Assembly (NCBI GenBank): GCA_003235575.1
Contig: QJVW01000115.1
Span: forward strand, 12,290 to 76,289
DNA: 64,000 nucleotides
Origin: Candidatus Eiseniibacteriota bacterium
GTDB taxonomy: Bacteria > Eisenbacteria > RBG-16-71-46 > SZUA-252
Direction of reading: 5' to 3'
Shown piece by piece: positions 1-8,972 of this stretch. Position 1 is the stretch's first letter; every line of letters begins with the position of its first letter. The notes beneath the pieces were generated by a model. That model did not search any database, had not been told where the DNA came from, and saw only the letters and a list, made by a program, of their open reading frames with translations. A program made the translations under genes and the position numbers.

Positions 1-490
1 GAACGGCGAGGGCGGTCGCGGCCGGCGAACGGTCGACGGCGACGCCGGTCCATCCCGGCAGCGCTTGGAGCATCGCGATCGCGACGGCCCCCGTCCCGGT
101 CCCAAGGTCGAGCAGCCTCCCCCCGGGCGCCGCGGCGACGGCCCCGAGCGCATCGAGCGCCGCCTCGACCAGTGCTTCGGTTTCCGGACGGGGAATGAAG
201 ACGCCCGGCTCCACGTCGAGCGTGATCTCGTGGAAGTCGACTTCCCCGATCAGGTGCTGAAGCGGAACGCGCCGTTCGCGACGGGTTGCCAGGGATTCCA
301 GCGTGCGAGCCTCCTCGGGCGCGACGGCGGCGCCGGGCTCGCACCAGAACGCGGAGCGGGAGAGACCCAAGCCGTGCAGGAGCAGCGCCTCCGCTTCCAC
401 GGCCGCGGTGGCGATCCCCGCGCGCTCGAAGCGCCCCCGCAGGGCGGCCAGCGCCGCGGCGCGACTGCGCTGCGGAAGCGGCGCGTTCAC
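1..490 (-). CDS. prmC: Release factor glutamine methyltransferase PrmC/HemK, N-terminal part (gene continues beyond the window start)
   Basis: Minus-strand translation gives MNAPLPQRSRAAALAALRGRFERAG...FIPRPETEALVEAALDAL...LLDLGTGTGAIAIAML, matching the HemK N-terminal region and the GTGTG SAM-binding motif. A GTG start at about 490 overlaps the prfA TGA (GTGA overlap). The ORF track does not list it because it runs off the window edge. Confidence 0.8.
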   Translation of the reverse strand, partial: MNAPLPQRSRAAALAALRGRFERAGIATAAVEAEALLLHGLGLSRSAFWCEPGAAVAPEEARTLESLATRRERRVPLQHLIGEVDFHEITLDVEPGVFIPRPETEALVEAALDALGAVAAAPGGRLLDLGTGTGAVAIAMLQALPGWTGVAVDRSPAATALAV

Positions 491-1572
491 GCCGGGCTCC
501 CGGCCCCGCTCGCGGCGAGGCGCTCCGCTTGCTCCGCGGCGAAGAGGGCGTCCACCAATTCGTCCAGATCGCCCTCCATGACGTCCTGGAGCTTGTAGAG
601 GGTGAGCCCGATGCGGTGGTCGGTCACGCGGCCCTGCGGGAAGTTGTACGTGCGGATCTTCGCGCTCCGGTCCCCGGTCGAGACCTGGGACTTCCGTGCG
701 GCCGCCAGCTTTCGCTCCTGCTCCTGGCGCTGCAGATCGAGAAGCCGGGCTCGAAGCACCTTCAGGGCCTTCGTCTTGTTCTTCAGCTGGGAGCGCTCGT
801 CCTGGCACTGGACGACGATCCCCGACGGCAGGTGGCGGATGCGCACGGCCGAGTCGGCGGTGTTCACGCTCTGGCCGCCCGGTCCCGAGGAGCGGAAGAC
901 GTCCACCTGAAGGTCCGACGGCTTGATCTCGATGTCGAGCTCCTCCGCCTCGGGGAGCACCGCGACCGTGACCGCCGACGTGTGGATGCGGCCGCTGGCC
1001 TCCGTCGCCGGCACCCGCTGCACGCGGTGGACGCCGCTTTCGTACTTGAGGCGGCTGTACGCGCCTTCGCCGTGGATCATGAGCACGGCCTCCTTGACGC
1101 CGCCCATGCCGCCCACGGCGCTCAGCTCCATGATCTCCACCTTCCAGGCGTGGCGCTCCGCGTACTTGGTGTAGAGCCGCTGCATCTCGGCGGTGAAGAG
1201 GCCGGCCTCGTCCCCGCCGACGCCGGCGCGGATCTCGACGATCACGTTTCGGTGGTCCAGCGGGTCGGGCGGAAGGAGCAGGCGCGGGAGCTCCGCTTCC
1301 AGCCGCTGTCGCTCCGCCTCCAGCGATTCGAGTTCCGCGTGCGTCATCGCCAGCAGCTCGGGGTCCTTCTCGCTCTTCAGCATCGCCTCGGCGCCCGTAA
1401 TCTGCCCGCGCACGTCCTCGTAGCGCGCGATGGTCGTGACCAGCGTTTCGAGCGCGCTCCGCTCCTTCGAGACGCGCCTCAATTCCGTGGGATTGGAATG
1501 AATCGACGGATCTTCGAGGAGGCGGGTCAGTTCTTGGTAGCGGGCTTTCGCCTTGTCGAGCGCATGTTCCAT
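487..1572 (-). CDS. prfA: Peptide chain release factor 1
   Basis: 361 aa with the GGQ motif (RSSGPGGQSVNTADSAVRIRHLPSGIVVQCQDERSQLKNK) and class-I release factor domains. Conserved prfA-prmC pairing. Confidence 0.95.
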   Translation of the reverse strand: MEHALDKAKARYQELTRLLEDPSIHSNPTELRRVSKERSALETLVTTIARYEDVRGQITGAEAMLKSEKDPELLAMTHAELESLEAERQRLEAELPRLLLPPDPLDHRNVIVEIRAGVGGDEAGLFTAEMQRLYTKYAERHAWKVEIMELSAVGGMGGVKEAVLMIHGEGAYSRLKYESGVHRVQRVPATEASGRIHTSAVTVAVLPEAEELDIEIKPSDLQVDVFRSSGPGGQSVNTADSAVRIRHLPSGIVVQCQDERSQLKNKTKALKVLRARLLDLQRQEQERKLAAARKSQVSTGDRSAKIRTYNFPQGRVTDHRIGLTLYKLQDVMEGDLDELVDALFAAEQAERLAASGAGSPA

Positions 1573-1588
1573 GACGCGGAGGAGACTA

Positions 1589-2470
1589 CTACAGGACGGC
1601 GCGCAGCGCCGCGATCGCGACTTCGAGCATGTCGCGGGACGGCTCGCGCGTGGTCAGGCGCTGCAGCTGCAGGCCCGGCTCGCTCATCCATCGCACCCAC
1701 GGCTTGTCGTAGTGCGCGCCCGCGAAGCGGATGATCTCGAAGGAGATGCCCGCGATCACCGGGATCAGGGCGAAGCGGATGAGGCGATCGACCAGCGTGT
1801 CGGGCCGGCCGAAGAACGCGAACACCACGAAGCTGACGATCACCACCAGGAAGAGGAACGAGGTGCCGCACCGGGGGTGGAACCGGCTCTGGGCGTCCGC
1901 GAATTCCGGCGTCAACTCCTCGCCGGACTCGAGATTGTGAATCGTCTTGTGCTCGGCGCCGTGGTACTGGAAGACGCGCTTCATCTCCCCCCACAGACCG
2001 ATGCTCAGGATGTAGACCAGGAAGAACACGAGGCGGATGCCGCCGTCGATCAGGTTGTAGAAGAACGGATCGCGCACGCCCGTGAGATCGGTGAGCTTGA
2101 GCGGAAGCCAGAAGAAGATGCCGATGCCGAGAATGAAGGAGATCAGCACGGTGAGCCCCATGCCGAGCCCCAGCGTGCCGTACCGGCGTTCGCCCTTCGG
2201 CCGCTCGCTCTCCCCCGCGACCGCGGCGTCCGCGGAGAACGCGAGCGCCGCCACGCCGATGCGCAGCGATTCCACGAGGACGATGGCGCCCCGAAGGATG
2301 GGAAGGCCCAGAAGGGGGAAGCGACGCGACAACGATACGTAGTCGCGCGACTGCACCTGGATGGTGCCGTCGGGAAGGCGCACGGCGGTCGCGATCCGGT
2401 GCGGGGATCGCATCATGACCCCCTCGATCACGGCCTGTCCGCCGATCGGCGCGTACGGCTTGGGCATGGA
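1589..2470 (-). CDS. DUF1385 family protein (YqhQ-like membrane protein), likely starting at the internal [10 protein letters not shown]
   Basis: [22 protein letters not shown]...QYHGAEHK...CGTSF are hallmark DUF1385 motifs. The longer track ORF (to 2623) would overlap rpmE. This family typically sits between rpmE and prfA. Confidence 0.8.
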   Translation of the reverse strand, partial: SMPKPYAPIGGQAVIEGVMMRSPHRIATAVRLPDGTIQVQSRDYVSLSRRFPLLGLPILRGAIVLVESLRIGVAALAFSADAAVAGESERPKGERRYGTLGLGMGLTVLISFILGIGIFFWLPLKLTDLTGVRDPFFYNLIDGGIRLVFFLVYILSIGLWGEMKRVFQYHGAEHKTIHNLESGEELTPEFADAQSRFHPRCGTSFLFLVVIVSFVVFAFFGRPDTLVDRLIRFALIPVIAGISFEIIRFAGAHYDKPWVRWMSEPGLQLQRLTTREPSRDMLEVAIAALRAVL

Positions 2471-2508
2471 GTGTCCGGAAATTCCGGGGCGAAAGCGGGG
2501 CGGGCGCC

Positions 2509-2739
2509 TTAGGAGGCGGGCGCCGCCGGCTTGGCCTCTTTCATGCCGTACTTCTTGCGGAACCGCTCGATGCGACCGGCGGTATCGACCAGCTTCTGCT
2601 TCCCGGTGAAGAACGGATGACACTGGGAGCAGATTTCGACGTGCATGGCTTCCTTCGTCGTCGCCCGCGTTTCCACGATGTGACCGCAGGCGCAGATGAT
2701 CTGCGTATTGAAGTAGCCGGGGTGAAGGTTCTTCTTCAT
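2509..2739 (-). CDS. rpmE: 50S ribosomal protein L31
   Basis: 76 aa [49 protein letters not shown]; the Zn-ribbon form of L31. Confidence 0.95.
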   Translation of the reverse strand: MKKNLHPGYFNTQIICACGHIVETRATTKEAMHVEICSQCHPFFTGKQKLVDTAGRIERFRKKYGMKEAKPAAPAS

Positions 2740-2774
2740 GGGTTGCTCCGCTTCTCCGCGTGGTGGAACGGTGG

Positions 2775-4172
<1,398 letters not shown>

Positions 4173-4337
4173 GACTTGTGCCGAACGGCGGTCCTCTGAG
4201 GGGGTGGCTACGTTTTGAAGGGTTCGCGTTTGTTCCGGTGAGTGTGCTGCCCGGGGTTCGCGGCCCTTAGGGGCATTCGCGCTGGGCTTCGAAGGTCCCC
4301 TTCCGGGCGGGCCTTGTCAGGTTGGTGCGACGAGAGA

Positions 4338-4366
4338 AATCTAGCGGACCAAAGGCGCGGTGTCAA
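4338..4366 (-). promoter_or_regulatory. Candidate sigma70-type promoter for rho (TTGACA-N17-TAGATT on the minus strand), about 160 nt upstream of the rho start
   Basis: The minus strand reads ...gggcTTGACAccgcgcctttggtccgcTAGATTtctctcg. This gives a long leader, consistent with Rho autoregulation. Confidence 0.4.
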
Positions 4367-4369
4367 GCC

Positions 4370-4403
4370 CCGTGGACCGCGGCTGCAAAACAGCCGCGAT
4401 CCA
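4370..4403 (-). other. 12-bp imperfect stem-loop (GTGGA(C/T)CGCGGC / GCCGCG(G/A)TCCAC) immediately 3' of the TPR gene stop and 5' of the rho -35 element
   Basis: Inverted repeat with one mismatch around a tgcaaaaca loop. There is no clear U-tract, so it is not a canonical intrinsic terminator. Confidence 0.3.
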
Positions 4404-4415
4404 CGGTGTTCAATC

Positions 4416-6083
4416 CTACTTGGCCGCGGGCTGGGCGGGGAAGCTGCCCGTGGAGAAGATCTGCCCCCCCATGAACGTCACCGACTTTCCCTTGCCCCAG
4501 TAGAACCAGCTCTCGAAGGACTTCCCATCCTCCCGATGGTTGTAGACCTCGTCCGGATACCCGTCCGCGGCCAGGACCCCGGTCTGCTTGCATCCCTTGC
4601 CAACACGGTTTTCGGCGGAGTCGACCCAGATCTTTAGATCATTTCCCGTCCGCTGCTGGCCGTCCTTCAGGGCCTTGTACATGGCGTATTCGGCGGAGGA
4701 TGCCTCCTTGTTCCCCTTCTTGAGATACGAAAGGAAGAGGAACTGATGCGTTTCCACGTTCTTGGCGTCGATCTCGACGGCGTTTTGCAGGTTCTTGATG
4801 GCGCCGTCGTAGTCCTCGGCGTAGAACTTGGCCTGCCCCGCCAACCCCTGCAAATCCTCGTTCTTGGGGTACTCCAGGAGCCCCTTGTCCAGGATCTGGG
4901 CCGCCTTCTTGTACTGCGACTGATTGCTCGCGATGACCGCGGCGTTGTAGATCGCGGTCTGGCGTTCGTCCTTCGCTTCGGGGGGCGCCAAGTCGTAGAG
5001 GAGACCATAGTTAGCCGAGGCGCTGTCGAAGGCGGCCTTGCGCTCAGGGTTGTCCTTGGCAAGGGGCTCCGCATAGCGCATCCACGACTCGGCGATACGG
5101 TCGAGATAGACGATGCGATTCGTCGTATCGGTCTCCATCGCCGCCCAGTACGCGGGTATCGATTCCTTGTACTTCTTCTCGTTGTAGAGACGGTTGCCAC
5201 GTCCCATCGCCGCGGCGCGGAGGTTCAGGATCAGCTTCTCCTCGTCCTCCTTCTTGGGCTTCAGCGCCAGACCGGCCTTCGCGGCGGCGATGGCGTCGTC
5301 GATGCGCCCCACGCGCTCGTACAGGAACGACAGGTTCATGTGCGCTTCGACGGAGGTCGGATCGACCATGGCCGCCAACTCGAAGTTGTAGACCGACTCC
5401 AGGATTTTCGATGCGCCCTCGTAGTCGGGGAACACGGTCGAATCGGCGACCGCCAACTCGTTCGCCGGATCGCCGCCGAACGGGGTCAGCGACATCTGCG
5501 TCGGTTCGTCTCCTGTCGGCGGGAAGTAATAGGCGGTGTTGTCGTCGAGGTAGTACCAAACCTCGTGCTTGCCGCCGCCCTCGGACCACTTGGCGAAGTC
5601 CGTCGGCGCGCCCTTCTCCGCCTCGAGTTTCGCCTGCGGCGTGCCCTCGGCCATGGTGCGGTCGCTGAGGACCTCGACGTTCCCCGCGCGACTCATCGCC
5701 GCGACGCCCTTGTTGTAGAGCCCGGCCAGCGCCGCGTCGCGATTCTGCTTCATCTCCTTCAGGCGCTTCTTGTCGTCCTGCTCCGTGGCCATCTCGATGC
5801 CGATCTGGAAGGCGGCGCCGGCGGAGCGGTATTGCCGCATTTGGACACGCGCGATCCCGAGCAGGCCGTAGAGCTGCAGGTTGTCCGGCTCTTCCTGACG
5901 CGAACACTCGAGAAAGCGGACCGCCTTGTCCCAGACCTTCTGCTGGACGTACACCTTGCCGCTGGTGAAGCAGAGCCCGGCCATGGCGACGGGAGCCGTA
6001 ACGGCAAGGACCGCAAACAGAGCGGCCGCGGCGAAAAAGACGCGCTTGGGGCGCAGGCTAAGTCGTTGCATTCGTTCCTCCAT
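4416..6083 (-). CDS. Tetratricopeptide-repeat protein with an N-terminal signal peptide
   Basis: 555 aa with signal peptide (RVFFAAAALFAVLAVTAPVAMAG) and multiple TPR-like helical repeats (LQLYGLLGIARVQMRQYRSAGAAFQIGI..., ESIPAYWAAMETD..., AAQILDKGLLEYPKNEDLQGLAGQAKFYAEDYDGAIKNLQNAVEID). Confidence 0.75.
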   Translation of the reverse strand: MEERMQRLSLRPKRVFFAAAALFAVLAVTAPVAMAGLCFTSGKVYVQQKVWDKAVRFLECSRQEEPDNLQLYGLLGIARVQMRQYRSAGAAFQIGIEMATEQDDKKRLKEMKQNRDAALAGLYNKGVAAMSRAGNVEVLSDRTMAEGTPQAKLEAEKGAPTDFAKWSEGGGKHEVWYYLDDNTAYYFPPTGDEPTQMSLTPFGGDPANELAVADSTVFPDYEGASKILESVYNFELAAMVDPTSVEAHMNLSFLYERVGRIDDAIAAAKAGLALKPKKEDEEKLILNLRAAAMGRGNRLYNEKKYKESIPAYWAAMETDTTNRIVYLDRIAESWMRYAEPLAKDNPERKAAFDSASANYGLLYDLAPPEAKDERQTAIYNAAVIASNQSQYKKAAQILDKGLLEYPKNEDLQGLAGQAKFYAEDYDGAIKNLQNAVEIDAKNVETHQFLFLSYLKKGNKEASSAEYAMYKALKDGQQRTGNDLKIWVDSAENRVGKGCKQTGVLAADGYPDEVYNHREDGKSFESWFYWGKGKSVTFMGGQIFSTGSFPAQPAAK

Positions 6084-6218
6084 GAATTGGAATACCCGGA
6101 ACCAGGCCTTCGCGTTCCAGGCTGTTTCGATTCAATCGGTCGGGGGCACCCCTGTCAAGGGCATTCGCCTCGGCCATCCGGGACGAGACGTCCCCATATG
6201 CCATTGTCCGAAAGAGAG

Positions 6219-8252
6219 TTATAGCAGTTGGTGGGGGTCCACGTCGACGGCCCATCGCACGCCGGGAAACCGCTCCTCGCGTAGGCGGGTCAGGGTCCGA
6301 GCAAGCGTTTCACGCAGGGCCGGCCTGGAGACGCTCTTCATCAGGAGATGCCAGCGATGCTCGCCTCGGAGGCGCGCTAGGGGCATCGGAGCGGGGCCTA
6401 GGATCTGGACCGGGCGATCCGCGGCGGCCCGGCTCACCATGCGGCGCACCGCCGCACCGGCGGCTTCCACGCGCTCCAGCGTGCGGCCACGCAGCTCGAT
6501 CTCCACGATGCGGCCGTAGGGGGGATACCTGAGTTCGCGCCGCTCGGCCGCTTCCCGTTCGAAGAACACGGCGTAGTCCTGCGCGGCGGCCGCCCGAAGC
6601 GCCGGACTCGTCGGGTCGAACGACTGCATGATCACCTCCCCCGGAAGATCCCCGCGACCGGCGCGGCCCGCCACCTGCGTCAGCAGCTGAAAGGTCCGCT
6701 CGGCGGAGCGGAAGTCGGGAAGGTAGAGGGACAGGTCGGCCACGATCACGCCGACCAGCGTGACGCCGGGAAAGTCGAACCCCTTCGCGACCATCTGCGT
6801 GCCGAGCAGAAGATCCGTCTCGCGGGCACGAAACGCGCCCAGGATCGCGGACGCGGAGCCGCGTCGGCGAACGGAGTCGAGATCGAGCCGCGCAAGCCGC
6901 GCGGAGGGGAAGAGCGTCGCCACTTCGCGCTCCACCTTCTGGATTCCGAGACCTCCGAACCAGAGATCGACGGCGCCACAGGCGGGGCACCCCGCCGGGA
7001 CCTTTCTCCGAAGTCCGCAATAGTGGCACCGCAGTCCGGCCTCGTCGGCATGGACCGTGAAGGGGACGTCGCAGCGGTCGCAGTGGGCGACGTGACCGCA
7101 GCCGCGGCACTGGAGATACGTCGAGTGACCGCGGCGATTGAGAAATAGGATCCCCTGTTCGCCCCGCTCGAGCGTTCGTCCGATCGCCTCGACGAGGAGC
7201 GGCGTGATGATGCGCGAGACCGTGCTCTTGCCTCCCGCACGCCCGGCCGAGACCGACGAACGCAGATCGGCGAGACGAACCGTCGCCATCGGCCGGCGGT
7301 CCACGCGGTTCGGCAATTCGAGCAGCGCGTAGTCCCCTCGGGTGGCACGCGCGTAGCTTTCGAGGCTGGGCGTGGCGGTGGTCAAGACGACCGCGGAGCG
7401 GCTCCGCTGCGCCCGCACCAGCGCGACGTCGCGCGCGTGATACCGGGGTGATTCGTCCTGCTTGTACGCGCCGTCCTGCTCTTCGTCGATCACGGTCAGG
7501 CGCAGGTCCGGAAACGGAAGGAAGACGGCCGAGCGCGTTCCCACCACCAGATCGAGCGCCCCGTCGGCCGCGGCCCGCCACACGTCGGCGCGCTCGCGCG
7601 CCAGAAGTCCGCTGTGGTAGACCGCCGACCGCTCGAACCCGGCGCGACGAAACGCGTCGAGCGCCTGGGGGGAAAGCGCGATCTCGGGCACGAGGATGAG
7701 CGCCTGGCCGCCGGCCGCGATGGCGTGGCGCGCCGCGTGCAGGTAGACCGCGGTCTTGCCGCTCCCCGTCACCCCGTGGAGCAGGAACGGCGCGAATGAA
7801 GGAGCAGCGATGCCGGCCTCGATCGCCTCCAGCGCGCGGCGCTGATCGTCGTTGAGCGCGGACCGGACTGGCGGCGCCTCGGCGTGCCACCCCTCCTCCT
7901 CGAGGTACGCGGCGCGCGGCGCGCGGCGGCGGAGCCCCGTCGGGGAGGGGGCCGCGGCGTGCAGCACCTCGCCGAGCGAAGCGGCGTAGTAGTCGGCCAC
8001 CCAGCGCGCGAGCGAGAGGATTTCGCCGCTCACGATCAGCCGCGGCTCGGGAATGCCGGCGATGGATCGAATGCGATAGGCGGGGGCGGCGGCGGCCGGT
8101 TCGGCGCCGAGAACCGTGCCCCAGATCTTTCGGGCGCGGACGGGAACGAGGACGCGCAGACCGGGCACAACGGGCTCATCGTCCGGGAGGGCGTACACAA
8201 GGTGCTCGTGGCCGGAGATCGGGACGGGAACGGCGACGCGAACGAGGGGCAT
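6219..8252 (-). CDS. priA: Primosomal protein N' (replication restart helicase PriA)
   Basis: 677 aa with Walker A (GVTGSGKTAVYL), DEEQD helicase motif II, the Cys-rich Zn-binding region (CHYCGLRRKVPAGCPACG) and a C-terminal domain. Confidence 0.95.
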   Translation of the reverse strand: MPLVRVAVPVPISGHEHLVYALPDDEPVVPGLRVLVPVRARKIWGTVLGAEPAAAAPAYRIRSIAGIPEPRLIVSGEILSLARWVADYYAASLGEVLHAAAPSPTGLRRRAPRAAYLEEEGWHAEAPPVRSALNDDQRRALEAIEAGIAAPSFAPFLLHGVTGSGKTAVYLHAARHAIAAGGQALILVPEIALSPQALDAFRRAGFERSAVYHSGLLARERADVWRAAADGALDLVVGTRSAVFLPFPDLRLTVIDEEQDGAYKQDESPRYHARDVALVRAQRSRSAVVLTTATPSLESYARATRGDYALLELPNRVDRRPMATVRLADLRSSVSAGRAGGKSTVSRIITPLLVEAIGRTLERGEQGILFLNRRGHSTYLQCRGCGHVAHCDRCDVPFTVHADEAGLRCHYCGLRRKVPAGCPACGAVDLWFGGLGIQKVEREVATLFPSARLARLDLDSVRRRGSASAILGAFRARETDLLLGTQMVAKGFDFPGVTLVGVIVADLSLYLPDFRSAERTFQLLTQVAGRAGRGDLPGEVIMQSFDPTSPALRAAAAQDYAVFFEREAAERRELRYPPYGRIVEIELRGRTLERVEAAGAAVRRMVSRAAADRPVQILGPAPMPLARLRGEHRWHLLMKSVSRPALRETLARTLTRLREERFPGVRWAVDVDPHQLL

Positions 8253-8287
8253 GGTGCGCGGAGGATAGCACCCTGGCGTCTGCGGTA

Positions 8288-8367
8288 GGCGTGAGGGCGC
8301 GATGAAGGGTTTCGGGGTCCGACAGCGACAGCCATGCCCCCGAAACCCTTCATCGCGCCCTCACGCC
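8288..8367. repeat. Perfect 30-bp inverted repeat (GGCGTGAGGGCGCGATGAAGGGTTTCGGGG ... CCCCGAAACCCTTCATCGCGCCCTCACGCC) separated by a roughly 20-nt loop
   Basis: Read directly from the sequence in the 283-bp spacer between the REC gene stop (8536) and the priA start (8252). The stem is much longer than an intrinsic terminator stem and has no flanking T-tract. Confidence 0.8.
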
Positions 8368-8535
8368 GGCATCGGTGGAGCGACTATTCCGGACACTCGG
8401 ACGCTCCACGACGCCCGTGACGGGAGGAGAATTGTCCCTGCAGGCGATTGTCTGCCGTCGTTAGAGCCGGCGGGGACAATTCTTCTCACGTCCCGCGCGG
8501 GACGTTGGATTGGCTGACGAGGATTGCGGCGGGAA

Positions 8536-8964
8536 CTACGAGGAGGGCGTGGAGCGCTCCGACACCGTCTGTCCCAGGATGGCGTTGATCCGCTCGACCA
8601 GCTTGCGGGGACTGAACGGCTTCGTGATGTAGTCGTCGGCGCCGACGTCAAAGCCCATCTTCTGGTCGACGTTCCTTCCCTTCGCGGAGAGCAGGATCAC
8701 GGGGACGTTTCGCGTTTCCGGGTTCGACTTGACCGCGCGGCAGACTTCGTAGCCGTCCAGCTTCGGCATCATGATGTCGAGGACGATCAGGTCGGGCTTG
8801 TCGCTGCGCACGCGCTCCAGGGCCTGCTCGCCGTCGAGGGCGGTCAGCACTTCGTAGCCTTCCATCCCCAGGCTGAAGTCGAGAATGTGGACGATGTAGA
8901 TTTCGTCGTCCACGACGAGAATCCGCCCCTTCGACATCGGCTCTCCTCCCGGTACGTGTGCCAT
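8536..8964 (-). CDS. Stand-alone response-regulator receiver domain protein (CheY-like), probably starting at the internal MSKGRILVVDD (about 8937)
   Basis: RILVVDDEIYIVHILDFSL...DLIVLDIMMPKLDGYEVCRAVK...VPVILLSAKG...GADDYITKPF are canonical REC motifs (DD, D, T, K). No output domain. Confidence 0.9.
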   Translation of the reverse strand: MAHVPGGEPMSKGRILVVDDEIYIVHILDFSLGMEGYEVLTALDGEQALERVRSDKPDLIVLDIMMPKLDGYEVCRAVKSNPETRNVPVILLSAKGRNVDQKMGFDVGADDYITKPFSPRKLVERINAILGQTVSERSTPSS

Positions 8965-8972
8965 ACCGATAT

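Noticed and set aside
286-1734. 482-aa plus-strand ORF spanning prmC/prfA, and other plus-strand ORFs at 65-598 and 303-581
   Set aside because: Antisense to prfA and prmC, which have unmistakable motifs (GGQ, GTGTG). The composition is Arg/Ala/Pro-rich.
4746-6224. 492-aa plus-strand ORF and the 287-aa Arg/Gly-rich minus-strand ORF 5044-5907
   Set aside because: They overlap the TPR-protein gene in other frames or strands. The 5044-5907 ORF is about 25 % Arg plus Gly, typical of an out-of-frame reading.
6310-7890. 526-aa minus-strand ORF inside priA in another frame
   Set aside because: Same strand as priA but shifted frame. Extremely Arg/Gly/Pro-rich. The priA frame carries all the helicase motifs.
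8302-8651. ORFs 8302-8517 (plus) and 8361-8651 (minus) overlapping the 30-bp inverted repeat
   Set aside because: They read straight through a perfect palindrome, so the two strands give mirror-image peptides. The 8361-8651 ORF also overlaps the REC gene end. They are far more likely non-coding structure than genes.
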